Shown here: one piece after another, positions 35,475 through 36,531 of the stretch
Position numbering within the stretch: position 1 is the stretch's first letter
How the letters are laid out: the number at the start of each line of letters is the position of its first letter
NCBI GenBank assembly: GCA_964554275.1
Contig: CAZKOC010000003.1
Span: forward strand, 1 to 36,531
Reading direction: 5' to 3'
Length of the DNA stretch: 36,531 nt
DNA from: an uncultured Weeksellaceae bacterium
GTDB lineage: Bacteria > Bacteroidota > Bacteroidia > Flavobacteriales > Weeksellaceae
Position numbers and translations under genes: made by a program
The notes under the pieces: model-generated
Database searches by the model: none
Seen by the model: the letters and a program-made list of their open reading frames with translations, nothing else
What the model was told of the DNA's origin: nothing

Positions 35475-35482
35475 TACTTTTG
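35475..35482 (+). promoter_or_regulatory. -7 promoter element for glyA
   Basis: TACTTTTG, 19 nt before ATG 35502. Confidence 0.55.
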
Positions 35483-35501
35483 GACTTCTAAATTCAGAAA
35501 G

Positions 35502-36531
35502 ATGGCAAAAGATATAATTTTCGATTTGATTGAGGACGAAAGGGAAAGGCAAACCGTGGGGCTGGAATTGATAGCTTCGGAAAATTACGTAAGCGATAAT
35601 GTGATGAAGGCAATGGGCTCCATCCTGACGAACAAGTACGCCGAAGGTTATCCCGGAAAGCGCTATTACGGAGGCTGCGAAGTGGTGGATGAAATCGAAA
35701 CCATCGCCATTGAAAGATTGAAACATTTATTCAATGCCGAATACGCTAATGTTCAACCACACAGTGGTTCACAGGCAAATGCCGCGGTATTTTTAGCTTG
35801 TTTGAAAGCTGGTGAGAAAATCATGGGATTTGATTTATCGCATGGTGGCCATTTGACACATGGTTCACCCGTGAGTGCTTCAGGGATTTACCATAAAACC
35901 TCATTCTATGGCGTGAGCAAAGAAACCGGAAGAATTGATTATGAAGCCATGCGGGAAACAGCATTGAAAGAAAAGCCGCAGTTGATTATTTGCGGAGCTT
36001 CCGCTTATTCGAGAGATATCGATTATGCGAAATTCAGGGAAGTTGCAGATGAGGTGGAGGCTCTTTTATTGGCAGATATCGCACATCCGGCCGGATTGAT
36101 TGCAAGGGGGATTTTGAATGACCCAATGCCGCATTGCCATATAGTAACCTCTACTACTCATAAAACATTGAGAGGGCCAAGAGGGGGAATCATTTTAATG
36201 GGTAAAGATTTTGAAAATCCATGGGGGCACAAAACGCCAAAAGGTGAAATCAAAATGATGTCGCAATTATTGAATGCGGCTGTTTTCCCGGGAATTCAGG
36301 GAGGTCCGTTAGAGCATATAATTGCAGCAAAAGCGGTAGCATTTGAGGAAGCATTGTCAGATAACTATTTTGAATATGTTCTGCAAGTGACCAAAAATGC
36401 ACAGACATTGGCAAAAGCAATGATTGGCAAGGGATATGAAATCATTTCAGGCGGGACTGACAATCATTTGATGCTGATAGATCTTCGAAATAAAAATGTA
36501 TCGGGAAAAGAAGCTGAAAACGCGTTGGTAA
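35502..36531 (+). CDS. glyA: Serine hydroxymethyltransferase (partial, runs off window end)
   Basis: Not in ORF track. [29 protein letters not shown]...[16 protein letters not shown]...[11 protein letters not shown]...HGGHLTHG...[12 protein letters not shown]...FPGIQGGP...GGTDNHL. Confidence 0.97.
   Translation, partial: MAKDIIFDLIEDERERQTVGLELIASENYVSDNVMKAMGSILTNKYAEGYPGKRYYGGCEVVDEIETIAIERLKHLFNAEYANVQPHSGSQANAAVFLACLKAGEKIMGFDLSHGGHLTHGSPVSASGIYHKTSFYGVSKETGRIDYEAMRETALKEKPQLIICGASAYSRDIDYAKFREVADEVEALLLADIAHPAGLIARGILNDPMPHCHIVTSTTHKTLRGPRGGIILMGKDFENPWGHKTPKGEIKMMSQLLNAAVFPGIQGGPLEHIIAAKAVAFEEALSDNYFEYVLQVTKNAQTLAKAMIGKGYEIISGGTDNHLMLIDLRNKNVSGKEAENALV

Noticed and set aside
678..35726. 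Numerous 60-170 aa antisense or alternate-frame ORFs in the track (e.g. 26064-26570, 32265-32621, 34403-34729, 35460-35726)
   Set aside because: They overlap well-supported genes and lack family motifs; they are shadow ORFs.
1..36531. CRISPR array, IS element, prophage or rRNA
   Set aside because: No spaced repeats, transposase/integrase ORFs or rRNA-like sequence seen; nearly all sequence is explained by other genes.

Overview
AT-rich Bacteroidota window, most likely Flavobacteriales, judged from TAnnTTTG promoters, the tRNA-Phe type and gene content. It is dominated by a ~26 kb + strand surface-glycan locus (2121-28350). The locus runs: fnlA-cupin-fnlB-fnlC (UDP-L-FucNAc), an embedded tRNA-Phe with terminator, two NDP-sugar dehydrogenases, tagD, a PglK/MsbA-like ABC flippase, an O-acyltransferase, a ParB/Srx-like protein, GT2, a P-loop kinase, GT4, a Wzy/ligase-like protein, GT4, a tailoring block, then pglE/pglF-like genes, wza and wzc. 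The left flank carries lptC and a FadL-like outer-membrane protein. The right flank carries folC, nhaA, a response regulator-lipoprotein-TPR histidine kinase module, anmK and glyA (partial). The best candidate for an undescribed system is the tightly coupled tailoring block: 2OG-Fe(II) hydroxylase, PglC-like transferase, formyltransferase, D-cysteine-desulfhydrase-like PLP enzyme and ATP-grasp ligase. It sits where a PglD acetyltransferase is expected, next to what may be a decayed pglD remnant, and suggests an unusual N-acyl or N-formyl-aminoacyl decoration of a bacillosamine-type sugar. All functional calls come from motif reading only; no searches were run. No CRISPR array, rRNA, transposase or integrase was seen.
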